DNA of 63,431 nt, filler included, from Candidatus Woesearchaeota archaeon (GTDB taxonomy: Archaea; Nanobdellota; Nanobdellia; Woesearchaeales; GCA-2687795): assembly GCA_030753365.1 (NCBI GenBank). It is 4 parts of 4 records of this genome, joined end to end, with 100 filler letters (N's around TTAATTAATTAA, not from the genome) between each part and the next. Parts side by side here need not be neighbours in the genome. Positions count along the whole stretch, not along the records: positions 24,930 to 51,649 come from JASMCJ010000022.1; 3 more parts are not named here. One strand, 5' to 3'. The notes below the pieces were generated by a model that was not told where the DNA came from, made no database searches, and saw only the letters and a program-made list of their open reading frames with translations. The position numbers and the translations under genes are program-made. Positions 28,498 through 39,242 of this stretch are shown piece by piece (positions within the stretch are counted from its first letter, which is position 1; each line of letters begins with the position of its first letter).

Positions 28498-28990
28498 TCT
28501 TTAGATGATTTATAATTTCATTAATCCCTGAATTAATTTCCTGAATACTCTCTATCTTAGGAAGCTTTTCCTTTTCTCTAAGATAATTATACCTTTCAAG
28601 TGATTCTTCTTCAACCAGCACAGAACTAATCTTTTTTTTCTTCACCTTATTATAAGGATTGTTTGATTTAAGCCAGTCTTCTTTTTCAATCTGCATTAGC
28701 TTACTAACAATAGTATATAACACAACCTGCCTCCTAAGAACTAAATCTTCAATCTTTTTTAGTTCCTTGCTCAAAACAACCTTATATTCTCTTCTCAGTT
28801 TTTTTATTCTCTTTCCTCTTTTCTTTTGCAGGACAAGTTTGCTGGAACCATTATTTCTTATCACTCTGGATTCCATATATCCTAATACCTTCTTCGGTAC
28901 ATTCCCATAACCTGCAAGGACAATATACTTATTAAGAGCAGGAAAAACCTCTCTTACTTCATGCGCCCAGACTTGACATTCAGTTAACAT
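28490..28990 (-). CDS. Hypothetical basic protein
   Basis: 166-aa ORF, no recognised motif. Confidence 0.6.
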   Translation of the reverse strand: MLTECQVWAHEVREVFPALNKYIVLAGYGNVPKKVLGYMESRVIRNNGSSKLVLQKKRGKRIKKLRREYKVVLSKELKKIEDLVLRRQVVLYTIVSKLMQIEKEDWLKSNNPYNKVKKKKISSVLVEEESLERYNYLREKEKLPKIESIQEINSGINEIINHLKIK

Positions 28991-29096
28991 CAGAATTTTA
29001 ATAACCTCTCTGATTTAAAAAGATTTCTATAACAAATTTTACAAGTTAAAAAAAATTATAACAAAGTTTTTAAAATCTCTTCACAATCAAACAATT

Positions 29097-29699
29097 ATGC
29101 AACATTACTTTTCAGAAAACCAAACCTCGCCATTAAACCCTCATAAAATAAACGCAAGACTGAGGGGAAGATTATTTGAGTTCTGGACAGGCAGTGGAGT
29201 GTTCTCCTCAAGAAAGATTGACAAAGGTTCCACCTTGTTAACAGACAGCGCTATCATCACTACTGGCAAAGTCTTAGACATGGGTTGCGGCATTGGTGTG
29301 ATAGGAATCTCCATTGCAAAATCCTTTCCTCAAACAGAAGTTCTCATGACTGACATCAATAAGAGAGCTGTAAGGCTTACAAAAAGAAACATTAAGCTCA
29401 ACAACATACAAAACGCAGAAGCAAGACACGGCAACTTATTTGAATCAATAAAAGATACAGAGAAAGGAAAATTCAACACAATACTAATCAATCCGCCTCA
29501 GAAAGCAGGCAAGAAGCTCTGCTTCGAAATGATAGACAAATCTTACGATTATCTAGAAAAGAAAGGCACTCTGCAGATAGTAGCAAGGCATAACAAAGGT
29601 GGGAAAGAATTAAGCAAAAGAATGCATGAAGCATTCGGCAATGTAAAAGATGTCGCTAAGAAAGGCGGCTATAGGGTCTATATTAGTGAGAAAGATTAA
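29097..29699 (+). CDS. RsmC/MTS-family class I SAM methyltransferase
   Basis: MQHYFS, GVFSSRKIDKGS, LDMGCGIG, NPP and KKGGYRV motifs. Confidence 0.9.
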   Translation: MQHYFSENQTSPLNPHKINARLRGRLFEFWTGSGVFSSRKIDKGSTLLTDSAIITTGKVLDMGCGIGVIGISIAKSFPQTEVLMTDINKRAVRLTKRNIKLNNIQNAEARHGNLFESIKDTEKGKFNTILINPPQKAGKKLCFEMIDKSYDYLEKKGTLQIVARHNKGGKELSKRMHEAFGNVKDVAKKGGYRVYISEKD

Positions 29700-29704
29700 A
29701 AGAA

Positions 29705-30769
29705 TCACTTCACAAGACCATTAATCTTCTCCAGAATCTTAGGGTGTATATAATGATGAATAGTTACAGTATAATTGTCTTTCCATGCATGCTCTTTCTT
29801 CACAAACTTTTTATGCCCTAACTTCTCTGCTATACCCAAAAACAATCCCTGAACTTCCTCTTTAGTTGCTGTTTTATACGTTTTAAGAAATTCTTTTGCT
29901 TTCTCTGTGCCATAATACGATCTCACAACATGAGGATAAAATTCCTTGCCACAATATTTCCTAAAAGCATGCTTAAAATGAATATCTCTCAAAGGACGGT
30001 TTGTGGAGGGATTAACAAACACAAACGATGAATTATTCAAAGGCTTGATAATCTTTCTCAACCTTTCTATATACAGTTTTGGAAACCTTTCAACTATCTT
30101 CCTTGGTACCCCTCCCTTTGAAAGATAGTTAAACTCCACAGTATCACCTTTAATAGAAATATCCTTCTTCTTCAGTGTAGTCAATCCCTTATGCCCATGC
30201 GCCTTATAATAAATCTCATTGCCAATCCTCATATAAGTCTTAAGCAATGTATACATAGGCAAAGCAATATAATCATCTTTCTTCCTTAAAGCAGAATAAA
30301 CATTATGTTTAATCACTGAATAATACTTACCAAACTCTTCAACAACTTTATATTTTTTTCTAACAGATTTAATATCCTTACCAACAGTATAAACATAAGA
30401 AAAAGTCCCGCCTGGATTCTTATAAATCACATCCCAATGGTCATGCGAAGTCTCATCATGCATAGTCAAATGCTCAGCAAACAATGAAAAAGCTTTGTCC
30501 AGCCTGCTTCCATCAGGCAGCACACCAATCCTAGCTCCCTGCGCACTCCCAGAAGGTGAGAACTGCCCCTTCAAAAACCTTGAATCCTTTTTATCAATAA
30601 GAACATCAAGACAACCATGCGCTTTAAACAGCTTGATAACATTCATAGCAGAAGGAAACTTCCTTGACGATTTCTTCCAGGAAGCCTTAGTCTTCTCATA
30701 CACTCCAAGGCCTCTAGCTTTTATTCTAATTGTTCCAACAGGAATCTGTTTCAGCTTTCTTTTAGGCAT
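29705..30769 (-). CDS. Short type IB DNA topoisomerase-like protein
   Basis: RIGNEIY...GLTTL, FNYLSKGG, HVVRSY, LGH and YIHP match the R-K-R-H-Y pentad. Confidence 0.75.
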   Translation of the reverse strand: MPKRKLKQIPVGTIRIKARGLGVYEKTKASWKKSSRKFPSAMNVIKLFKAHGCLDVLIDKKDSRFLKGQFSPSGSAQGARIGVLPDGSRLDKAFSLFAEHLTMHDETSHDHWDVIYKNPGGTFSYVYTVGKDIKSVRKKYKVVEEFGKYYSVIKHNVYSALRKKDDYIALPMYTLLKTYMRIGNEIYYKAHGHKGLTTLKKKDISIKGDTVEFNYLSKGGVPRKIVERFPKLYIERLRKIIKPLNNSSFVFVNPSTNRPLRDIHFKHAFRKYCGKEFYPHVVRSYYGTEKAKEFLKTYKTATKEEVQGLFLGIAEKLGHKKFVKKEHAWKDNYTVTIHHYIHPKILEKINGLVK

Positions 30770-30878
30770 ATGTTTTATTCTAAACTAGCTGATATAAATA
30801 GATTACTGTTAAAAGAAATTCTAAAATATATTCTTCAGAACATAAAACAATATAATTGAACGTTTTCTTACTCTTTTT

Positions 30879-32396
30879 ATGACAAAAGGCCAGGTAATCT
30901 CAGGCGAGTTTGGAAAGATTCTTGTCAGAGAAAAAGCCAACCAGGAAATAGAATTAGGCGAACTTCTTATAGCAGACACCAAAGAAGGCAAAATCCTTCT
31001 CCAGGTATTCGACCTATTATACGGCAGCCAACTATCTCAATCAAATCTTGAGATGGTCTCAGGAATCAATCTTGAAGAAGACACTGACCAGGAATTCATG
31101 GACGCCCATCTAAGGAACTATAATCTTGCAAGAATGAAGAATCTGATAACAATAAAAGACAACAAGGCAGTCATCTGCAAAAGCCTGCCAAACTTCTTCT
31201 CACCAGTAAGGCAAATAACAAAAGAAGACTTAAGCTTCATAACCAAGCCAGCCAAACCCTTATATCTTGGAAATCTAAGAAGTGGCTCAAAGATGCTTGA
31301 CGTTGAAATCTTCCTTCCAGGAGAAAGAGTCTTCCAGCATCATGTTTTAATTGCAGCGAGTACGGGTAAAGGTAAGAGCAATTTAATGAACTGCATGCTC
31401 TGGGACACTTTAGATAAGGATTACATAGGCATGCTTGTATTAGATCCTCATGATGAATACTATGGAAGGAACAAACTCGGCCAGAAAGATCATCCTAACA
31501 AAGAGAAAGTAATCTATTACACTCCCAACAACCCTCCTCCTGGAACAAGAACACTTAAAATCAATCTAAGCCTTCTAAGACCCCAGCATTTCAATGGAGT
31601 GGCAGATTTCAGCAATCCCCAGAAGCAAGCTCTTAACATGTATCACAAAAAATACAAAAAAGAATGGGTAGAAGCCATCATACTGGAAAAGCCATTAGAT
31701 GTTGACTTCAGAGATGACACACTATCTGTAGTAAAAAGAATGTTGTTATACCTTCTTGACCTTGATGTCTCATCCAACCAATTATTCTGCAACAGCATCT
31801 TTGACCTAAAAGCAGGAGAAAGCACAATAAACGACATAACAAAAGGGCTTGAAGAAGGAAAACTGGTTATAATAGACACATCATACTTTGGAGGGGCTGT
31901 TGAAATACTCATAGGCTCTCTCATAGCCTCAGAAATCCTTAACAGGTACAAGCATTATAAAGTTCAGGGCATACTCAAGGACAAGCCAGTAATATCCATT
32001 GTGCTTGAAGAAGCTCCTAGAGTGTTAGGCAAGGAAGTGCTTGAGAAAGGACCTAATATCTTCTCAACTATAGCAAGAGAGGGAAGAAAGTTTAAAGTAG
32101 GGTTGACAGCCATAACCCAACTCCCATCCTTAATACCAAAACAGATTCTGGCAAATATGAATACAAAGGTTATATTAGGGCTTGAAATGCTCACTGAGAG
32201 AACAGCAATCATAGAAAGCGCTCTACAGGACCTTTCAGACGACAGCAGGAACATTGCATCATTGGACATAGGCGAGGCAATCATCACCTCAACTTTCTCA
32301 AGGTTTGCAACACCCATCAAAGTGCCTTACTTTGAAAATATTGCTAAGAAACAAAAGAAAGAAGATGTTAAGAGGGATTTTAGTTTAATCCAATAG
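30879..32396 (+). CDS. HerA-like (DUF87) ATPase
   Basis: N-terminal barrel domain, [27 protein letters not shown] and REGRKF motifs. Confidence 0.85.
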   Translation: MTKGQVISGEFGKILVREKANQEIELGELLIADTKEGKILLQVFDLLYGSQLSQSNLEMVSGINLEEDTDQEFMDAHLRNYNLARMKNLITIKDNKAVICKSLPNFFSPVRQITKEDLSFITKPAKPLYLGNLRSGSKMLDVEIFLPGERVFQHHVLIAASTGKGKSNLMNCMLWDTLDKDYIGMLVLDPHDEYYGRNKLGQKDHPNKEKVIYYTPNNPPPGTRTLKINLSLLRPQHFNGVADFSNPQKQALNMYHKKYKKEWVEAIILEKPLDVDFRDDTLSVVKRMLLYLLDLDVSSNQLFCNSIFDLKAGESTINDITKGLEEGKLVIIDTSYFGGAVEILIGSLIASEILNRYKHYKVQGILKDKPVISIVLEEAPRVLGKEVLEKGPNIFSTIAREGRKFKVGLTAITQLPSLIPKQILANMNTKVILGLEMLTERTAIIESALQDLSDDSRNIASLDIGEAIITSTFSRFATPIKVPYFENIAKKQKKEDVKRDFSLIQ

Positions 32397-33255
32397 GGCT
32401 GTAAGCTATATTAATACCAAAATAACTTTCTGCCCTCAATTCTACTTCGGGTATGCCTATATCTTTCATTTTATAAACTTTTATTCCATAAACAGGCATA
32501 AATTCTAACAACCCAATATCAAATTTTATGCCTGTCTTAATTCCATCCGCAAATTGTTTGAACCTATCAAGATAATTTTCAGGTATTTCTGGTCCCCATT
32601 GTCTATGGTAAAATGATAAAAATAAGCTTAATCCCTTTGTATTTTGGAAGTAACCTTCGATTATTAAAGAAAGGTCTAAATGCGCGCTTTTCTGCCAATC
32701 TGAAACAAGCGGTTGAGTATATCCAACTCCCAACTGGACATTATAGTTTTCTTCTTTTCCAATAAAGTAGGCATTTACCATCAAATTATGAATTACAGGG
32801 GAAATATCAGTCCTTTCAGATATCTTTTCAAGTTTTGAAGAGCCTTCTGCCATGTAACCAAAAGAAATCAAGGCTTCGTCAACCCATTTCCCTGTCCATC
32901 CTTTTGTTCCTAATAAATATTGAATTCTTAAATTTGAATGTATGTTTTGGTCAGATATTCCTTCTGAGGGTAAAATATTAACTAATCCTCCAAAAACTAA
33001 GGTATGAGAAATATCACCGGGTATTTGGAATAATGGGATGTCACTTCCTAAGGAAATATTTGATTGAATTTTCTCAAGTCCAATAAGACCATACAGAGAT
33101 GTAGGTTCAAAATCAGGGTCAGCTGATACAGAAGTTTCAATAGGATTCTCTGGAAACCACTTCAACTCTTCTGCGGTCGCAGATTTGCTTGATGTAACAC
33201 TAAAAAGAGTTCCTGCTAAGATAGCAAAATATAATGCTTTAATATTGCCTATCAT
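32380..33255 (-). CDS. Secreted beta-strand-rich hypothetical protein
   Basis: Signal peptide; amphipathic strands ending YFGINIAY. Confidence 0.65.
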   Translation of the reverse strand: MIGNIKALYFAILAGTLFSVTSSKSATAEELKWFPENPIETSVSADPDFEPTSLYGLIGLEKIQSNISLGSDIPLFQIPGDISHTLVFGGLVNILPSEGISDQNIHSNLRIQYLLGTKGWTGKWVDEALISFGYMAEGSSKLEKISERTDISPVIHNLMVNAYFIGKEENYNVQLGVGYTQPLVSDWQKSAHLDLSLIIEGYFQNTKGLSLFLSFYHRQWGPEIPENYLDRFKQFADGIKTGIKFDIGLLEFMPVYGIKVYKMKDIGIPEVELRAESYFGINIAYSPIGLN

Positions 33256-33488
33256 AATCCACAGAAGCTAAAAAGATTACTTAAACCTTTCCCTCATAAC
33301 CACTGTCAGAAAATAGTTATATCTAGAACACCCTAAATTCTTAAGGTGAACTGACTTATATTTTTTGTCAAACTGTAGAATATATATCAAGAAGCCTACT
33401 ATTTCAGTATAGAAATCAATTTAAAGGTCTTTGTTTGAGATTTGATATGATACCAATCACCAAGGAGGTTTTGATTTGATTTCTTAAG

Positions 33489-35009
33489 ATGATAAAAATA
33501 ATTGATTGCGGAAGTCAATTAACTCAGAATATAGCTAGAAGAATCCGCGAACTAGATGTTTTCACAGAGATTGTGCCTTTTCATACAAAGCCAGAAGATA
33601 TTAAGACAGAAGATTTAGAAGGAATCATTATTTCAGGCGGCCAGTTCAGTGTTTATGATAAAGAATCTCCTCTTTATTCAAAAGAGGTATTAAATTTAGG
33701 AGCTCCTGTTCTAGGTATATGTTATGGGCAACAATCTATTGCTTATCTTTTAGGTGGCAAAGTTACTCCTACAGAAAATAGAGAGTATGGTGAAACAAAT
33801 ATATTATTGTCAAGAGAAAGTCCTCTATTCAAAGATATTCCATGTAGTGAGTTCAAAGTCTGGATGAGCCATGGAGATATAGTGCAAAAAGTACCTGAGG
33901 GATTCGAGATTCTAGCAAGAACATCTAATGGGCACATTGCTTCTATTAAAAAAGATAATATATATGCTGTACAGTTTCATCCAGAGGTTGATCATACTGA
34001 ACATGGAAGAGAAATTCTAAATAATTTTCTAAATATATGTGATGCAGAAAGGACATGGAACCCTGAAAGAGATTATGAAAGATTAGCAGAAGAAACTGAA
34101 GAAAAGATAAAAGGTAAGGTAGGTGTTGGTGGAATAAGTGGAGGAGTAGACTCTTCTACAGCATCAGTTCTTATTGATAATATTGTTGGAGGAGATTATC
34201 ATCCAATCTTTGTTAACAATGGCTTATTAAGATTAAATGAAGCAGAAGAAGTTAGGAAAAACTTTAGTTCTTTTAATCTTAATATAAACTATGTTGATGC
34301 AAGCGAAAGATTTCTCACAAAACTTAAAGGAGTAACAGACCCAGATAGAAAGAGGAAAATTATCGGCCATGAATTCATAAGAGTCTTTGAAGAGGAAGCA
34401 AGAAAGATAGAGGATGCTACTTATTTAGTCCAAGGAACTCTTTACCCTGATGTTATTGAGAGCGTTCCAATCTATGGTTCATCTTCAAAAATAAAAAGGC
34501 ATCATAATGTTGGAGGTCTTCCTGAAAATATGGGGTTAGAACTTGTTGAACCTTTTAGAAACATGTTCAAGGATGAAGTAAGAAAGATTGCTGAAAACAG
34601 ATTAGGTTTACCTAAAGAAATTGTTTATAGGCATCCCTTTCCAGGTCCAGGCCTTGCTATAAGAATAATTGGTGAAGTAACTTCTGAAAAGCTTGATTTG
34701 GTGAGAAAAGCTGATTATATTCTTACTGACGAGCTTAAAGAAAGAGACCTGTATTATAAAATAAGCCAGGCATTTGCTGTCTTAATAAATGCGCAATCAG
34801 TAGGAGTCATGGGAGATGAAGGTACATACCAAGGAATTATAGGACTTAGAGTAGTTACAACAGATGATTTCATGACATCTGATTGGTATGACTTTAAGAA
34901 AGCTGATTTGACTGCTATCGGTAATAGAGTAACAAACGAAGTAAAGGGTGTAAATAGAGTGGTTTATGATATAACCCAGAAACCGCCTGCAACAATTGAA
35001 TGGGAATAG
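33489..35009 (+). CDS. guaA: GMP synthase (fused glutaminase + synthetase, bacterial-type architecture)
   Basis: GICYG, QFHPEV, SGGVDS, QGTLYPD, RHPFPGPGL and KPPATIEWE. Confidence 0.96.
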   Translation: MIKIIDCGSQLTQNIARRIRELDVFTEIVPFHTKPEDIKTEDLEGIIISGGQFSVYDKESPLYSKEVLNLGAPVLGICYGQQSIAYLLGGKVTPTENREYGETNILLSRESPLFKDIPCSEFKVWMSHGDIVQKVPEGFEILARTSNGHIASIKKDNIYAVQFHPEVDHTEHGREILNNFLNICDAERTWNPERDYERLAEETEEKIKGKVGVGGISGGVDSSTASVLIDNIVGGDYHPIFVNNGLLRLNEAEEVRKNFSSFNLNINYVDASERFLTKLKGVTDPDRKRKIIGHEFIRVFEEEARKIEDATYLVQGTLYPDVIESVPIYGSSSKIKRHHNVGGLPENMGLELVEPFRNMFKDEVRKIAENRLGLPKEIVYRHPFPGPGLAIRIIGEVTSEKLDLVRKADYILTDELKERDLYYKISQAFAVLINAQSVGVMGDEGTYQGIIGLRVVTTDDFMTSDWYDFKKADLTAIGNRVTNEVKGVNRVVYDITQKPPATIEWE

Positions 35010-35010
35010 A

Positions 35011-36471
35011 ATGAAAAGGAGGGTAAAAGAAATAATACTTGAACCTGGCAGAGCATTCAGTGAGTTCACTCTCTTACCAGGATATACTGGCAAAGATTGT
35101 AACATACAAAACATTAGCCTTGAAACCAAGCTGGCAGAGAATCTTACTATAGGCATACCTTTTCTAAGCGCTGCTATGACTTCTGTTACAGGATACGATA
35201 TGGCCTTAGCCTTGGGAAAAGAAAGAGGGATAGGAGTCTTGCCTGCAAGACTGCCAACAAAGGAACAGGCAGGAATTGTTGATAGGATTAAAAACCATGA
35301 AATAGGTTTCGTTGAAAAGCCTATTACTGCACAAGAAGATTCTTCAATAGAAGAAGTTATAAGAATGGTTGAAATTCATGGCCATTCCAAAATACCTATT
35401 GTAGATGAATATCGTGTGATTAAAGGAATGTTTATACTACAGCACTATTGGGAAGTTGGAGGCTCACTTCAGGACCGAGTTACTTCTGTTATGATATCTT
35501 TTAATTCTGGTAAACACGTACCCAACTGCAACAATCCTAATATTTCAATAAAAAAAGCAAAATCTTTGCTTGAAAGCTCCAAAGAGAATTATTTAGTTGT
35601 ACTGGATAACCAAAACAGGCTTGTTAAATTAGCATTTACAAAAGATATTGAAAAGATAAACGTTGCTTCCGCTATCTCAACCCATAAAGGTTGGCAGGAT
35701 AGGGTAAGGACAAATGTTGAAGCTGGAACCGACTTGATTGTTATAGACACTGCAGATGCATACAATTATCATGCAGTAGATGTTATCAGGAAGTATAAAA
35801 AAATGGGCATAGATGTTCCAATATGCGCAGGGAATGTTATCACATACGAAGGAGCAATGAAGCTAATAAAAGAAGGTGCAGACATAGTAAAAGTAGGCAT
35901 GTCCACTGGCTCAATATGCACTACTGCAAAAGAAAAAGCTGTTGGCAGGGCGCCAATGGCAGCATTAATTGATGTTGATAAGGCAAGGCAGGATTATTTT
36001 GAAGAAACAAAAAGATATGTGCCACTTATCATTGATGGCGGTGTATCCAATTCTTATAGTATGGCTATAGCCCTTAAAAAAGCTGATGCTATTATGATGG
36101 GCAACTACTTTAACAGATTCTATGAATCAAGTGGTGAAAAACAGGATGGAAAAGGAGAGCCAACAACAATTGAAGATAAGATGGAAAAAGTAGTTACTTA
36201 TGGTGAAGGTTCTGAAAGGGCGCATAACCTGCCAAGATATGGCCACACAACCCAGGCAACTTTCTTTCCTGAAGGGGAAGAAGGGACAGTCAAATACGAA
36301 GGGAGACTAAAGCCATACCTTAAAGCTGATATACTAAGAATAAAAGCTGCATTAGTCAATGCAGGCTGCATGAATTTAAAAGAGTTTAGAGAAAATGCAG
36401 TGATTGAGGTAATATCAGACTACGCAAGAGGCATAGTAAGTGACACTCATGATATGGAAGTAAAAAATTAG
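35011..36471 (+). CDS. guaB: IMP dehydrogenase with CBS insert
   Basis: SAAMTSVT, AGNV, KVGMSTGSICTT and DGG motifs. Confidence 0.88.
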   Translation: MKRRVKEIILEPGRAFSEFTLLPGYTGKDCNIQNISLETKLAENLTIGIPFLSAAMTSVTGYDMALALGKERGIGVLPARLPTKEQAGIVDRIKNHEIGFVEKPITAQEDSSIEEVIRMVEIHGHSKIPIVDEYRVIKGMFILQHYWEVGGSLQDRVTSVMISFNSGKHVPNCNNPNISIKKAKSLLESSKENYLVVLDNQNRLVKLAFTKDIEKINVASAISTHKGWQDRVRTNVEAGTDLIVIDTADAYNYHAVDVIRKYKKMGIDVPICAGNVITYEGAMKLIKEGADIVKVGMSTGSICTTAKEKAVGRAPMAALIDVDKARQDYFEETKRYVPLIIDGGVSNSYSMAIALKKADAIMMGNYFNRFYESSGEKQDGKGEPTTIEDKMEKVVTYGEGSERAHNLPRYGHTTQATFFPEGEEGTVKYEGRLKPYLKADILRIKAALVNAGCMNLKEFRENAVIEVISDYARGIVSDTHDMEVKN

Positions 36472-36487
36472 TAAAGAGGTAATAAAA

Positions 36488-37903
36488 ATGGGAACTGATA
36501 TATCAAAAATGAATTATACATTAGCAGGTGTCTCGATTAGAAAACAGAATGAAGTTAATAGAGCGATTAAAGAAAAGCTCAATGAATTGGGGCTAGCTGC
36601 TGAAGGTCTTTTTGGCGGGGCAATAGATATAAGCCACCTTAAAGGGAATGAACACATCCCTATAGGGATTATTAGTTCTTCTATCGTTGAAGATAAAGAT
36701 GTAGTAAGAGCTGGAAGAGAGACTGCATATGCAGCATTTAAAAGGGTTAAACAAGGAATCATCCCTATCGCAATACTTGATTATTTCGCAAGCGCTGGGA
36801 TGGATGTTAATGAAATTCCTGGATTTGTAGAAGGTGTTGCAACTGCTGGTCTTGAGATAAATGTTCCAACTATAGGTGGAGAGAGTGCGCAGATGCCTGG
36901 GACCTATAATGAAGGAAAAAGGGATGCTTACGTCCATGTAATATTTCATGGAAATCAGGGAGCCGTTGTTGATATTGCAAACATGATAAAGGGTATGGAA
37001 AGACCTCTTCTTTGTGCAAGCACAGATGGCACAGGGACTAAGACAAGGATTGTTAAAGACCCAAGGGATATAATTTATCATAGTTCAAATGATTTAGGCG
37101 CTATTGGAGCCCAACCTGTTGCATTTGCGGTGTATATTGCTGGAAATGTTCCAAAGAAAGAGCTTGAAGAAATAGTTACTAAATCAGAGAGAATATGCGA
37201 TACTCTGGGAATAACCTCATTGGATGCTACTGTTGAACTTAAGCCTGAAAAATATGCTCAAGGCCAGGTTGATATTGCAGGAACAGTAATAGGAGTAATC
37301 GACGAACAAGATATGATCACAGGGGTGGATGTTAAAGAAGGCTATGTACCAATAGGACTTGCCGCAGACTGCTTAATGACAAATGGATATTCGCTTGCAA
37401 GAGAATATTTAGAAATGATAGGTGAACCTAAAGTAGGCGGTCTTACACAAGAAGCAATAACAAGAGAGCTTTCAAAACCACATGTTTCATATACAGATAT
37501 ATTATTTGGAAATGAGAGTGCAGGAGGAATCATTTCAATGTTTAAGGAGATAGTCAAGGCCACAGCACATATAACAGGCGGTGGCCAGAAGGATAACATT
37601 GAAAGAATGGTGCCTGAGGGATTATGTGCAGTAGTCCAAAAAGAAGTTCTTCCTTTACCCCCAATCGTTAAGTATTTCAAAGCAAATGGAGCTGATATGA
37701 ATGCAATGTGTGAAACACTCAATATGGGAATAGGGTTTACTATAACAGTACCAAAAGAAGCTGCAGAAGGTGTTATAAACTATGTAAATGCTAACTTTAG
37801 ATATAGTGTTGAAGGAGTTGACAGGCAGGCAGCACGGATAGGAACTATTGAACGCAGAGGATATGGTAAACCAAGATTTGAATTTGCAGAGGGAGGGGTA
37901 TAA
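36488..37903 (+). CDS. purM: AIR synthase with a duplicated N-terminal domain
   Basis: YTLAGV, GGESAQMPG, STDGTGTK, NDL, TNGYSL, HITGGG and NMGIG motifs; 471 aa. Confidence 0.85.
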   Translation: MGTDISKMNYTLAGVSIRKQNEVNRAIKEKLNELGLAAEGLFGGAIDISHLKGNEHIPIGIISSSIVEDKDVVRAGRETAYAAFKRVKQGIIPIAILDYFASAGMDVNEIPGFVEGVATAGLEINVPTIGGESAQMPGTYNEGKRDAYVHVIFHGNQGAVVDIANMIKGMERPLLCASTDGTGTKTRIVKDPRDIIYHSSNDLGAIGAQPVAFAVYIAGNVPKKELEEIVTKSERICDTLGITSLDATVELKPEKYAQGQVDIAGTVIGVIDEQDMITGVDVKEGYVPIGLAADCLMTNGYSLAREYLEMIGEPKVGGLTQEAITRELSKPHVSYTDILFGNESAGGIISMFKEIVKATAHITGGGQKDNIERMVPEGLCAVVQKEVLPLPPIVKYFKANGADMNAMCETLNMGIGFTITVPKEAAEGVINYVNANFRYSVEGVDRQAARIGTIERRGYGKPRFEFAEGGV

Positions 37904-37906
37904 AAA

Positions 37907-39238
37907 ATGGCAAACGTACTTGTAATAGGAAAAGGCGGAAGAGAGCATGCATTAGTTTGGAAACTTAAACAAAGCGAGAACGTTGACAGAGTTTATTGTA
38001 TTCCTGGCAGTGATGGTATTGCAGAGATTGCAAACTGTGCTGATTATAACGTTAATGATTTCAATGGAATAGCAGAGTTCTGTAAAGAGATGAACATAGA
38101 TTTAGTTGTCCCTGGCCCTGAAGATCCTTTATGCGAAGGCATAGTTGATTATCTAACAGAAAGAGGTATTAAAACATCTGGACCTTCTAAAGCTGCTGCA
38201 AGATTAGAAGGAAGCAAGGCATTTGCAAAAGAGTTTATGAGAAAACATAATATTCCCACTGCTGATTTTGAAGTTTTTATGGATCCTGACAAAGCTAAGG
38301 ATTATGTAGAAGCACATGGAGCACCTATAGTCATCAAAGCTGATGGCCTTGCAGCTGGTAAGGGAAGTAAGGTTTGCATGACACTAGACGAAGCTATTAA
38401 TGCTGTAGATAGTATACTAGTCAAAAAGGAATTCAAAGATGCTGGTAACAAAATTGTAATTGAAGACTATTTAGAAGGTGAAGAAGCTTCTATCTTAGCT
38501 TTAACTGATGGGAACACAATAAGAACATTAGCACCAGCTGGGGATTACAAACCTGCCTTTGAAACAAAACATGATAGAACAAGATGGTTACAATCAGGAG
38601 GAGATAGAAAGTATGAAGATAGAAAGATTGGTCCTAACACAGGAAGTCTAGGCGCTTATGCACCTACTCCTATAGTTACCCCAGAATTAATGGAAAAGGT
38701 ATATAACAGAATATTAAACCCAACAATAAAAGGCATGGCAGAGGAAGGAACTCTTTTCGTTGGTTGTTTATATGCTGGTTTGATGATTAAGGATGGTGAG
38801 CCAAGTGTTCTGGAAGATAATGTTAGGTTTGGCGACCCAGAAACTCAGCCTATTCTCAGCTTATTAGAGTCCGATCTATTTTTATTATTAAATGCATGTG
38901 TTGAAGGAAATCTAGAAAGACACCAAATAAAAAACAGAGAAGGAGCGGCATGTTGTGTTGTAATGGCTTCTGGCAGTTATCCTGGAAGTAATTATGAAAA
39001 GGGCAAAGTAATTTCTGGATTAGAAGAAGTAAAAAGATTATCTGATGTCTATGTTTTCCATGCAGGGACTAAGAAAAATAATGGGAGAATTGAAACAGAT
39101 GGAGGAAGAGTATTAGGAGTAAATGGGAATGGAGACAATATCTGGCAGGCAATTAATACAGTTTATCCTGCTGTGAGCTTGATACATTGGGAAAATGAAT
39201 ACCATAGAACTGATATTGCTGAAAAAGCTTTGAGTTGA
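37907..39238 (+). CDS. purD: Phosphoribosylamine-glycine ligase
   Basis: GGREHA, LEGSKAFAK, KADGLAAGKG, RFGDPETQ and FHAGT. Confidence 0.96.
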   Translation: MANVLVIGKGGREHALVWKLKQSENVDRVYCIPGSDGIAEIANCADYNVNDFNGIAEFCKEMNIDLVVPGPEDPLCEGIVDYLTERGIKTSGPSKAAARLEGSKAFAKEFMRKHNIPTADFEVFMDPDKAKDYVEAHGAPIVIKADGLAAGKGSKVCMTLDEAINAVDSILVKKEFKDAGNKIVIEDYLEGEEASILALTDGNTIRTLAPAGDYKPAFETKHDRTRWLQSGGDRKYEDRKIGPNTGSLGAYAPTPIVTPELMEKVYNRILNPTIKGMAEEGTLFVGCLYAGLMIKDGEPSVLEDNVRFGDPETQPILSLLESDLFLLLNACVEGNLERHQIKNREGAACCVVMASGSYPGSNYEKGKVISGLEEVKRLSDVYVFHAGTKKNNGRIETDGGRVLGVNGNGDNIWQAINTVYPAVSLIHWENEYHRTDIAEKALS

Positions 39239-39242
39239 AAAA

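Noticed and set aside
30879..32396. HerA as part of an anti-phage system (e.g. Sir2-HerA)
   Set aside because: No co-oriented effector gene; the sequence resembles housekeeping archaeal HerA
33256..33488. Purine or ZTP riboswitch upstream of guaA
   Set aside because: No recognisable consensus; only a short AT-rich inverted repeat (GAAATCAA/TTGATTTC)
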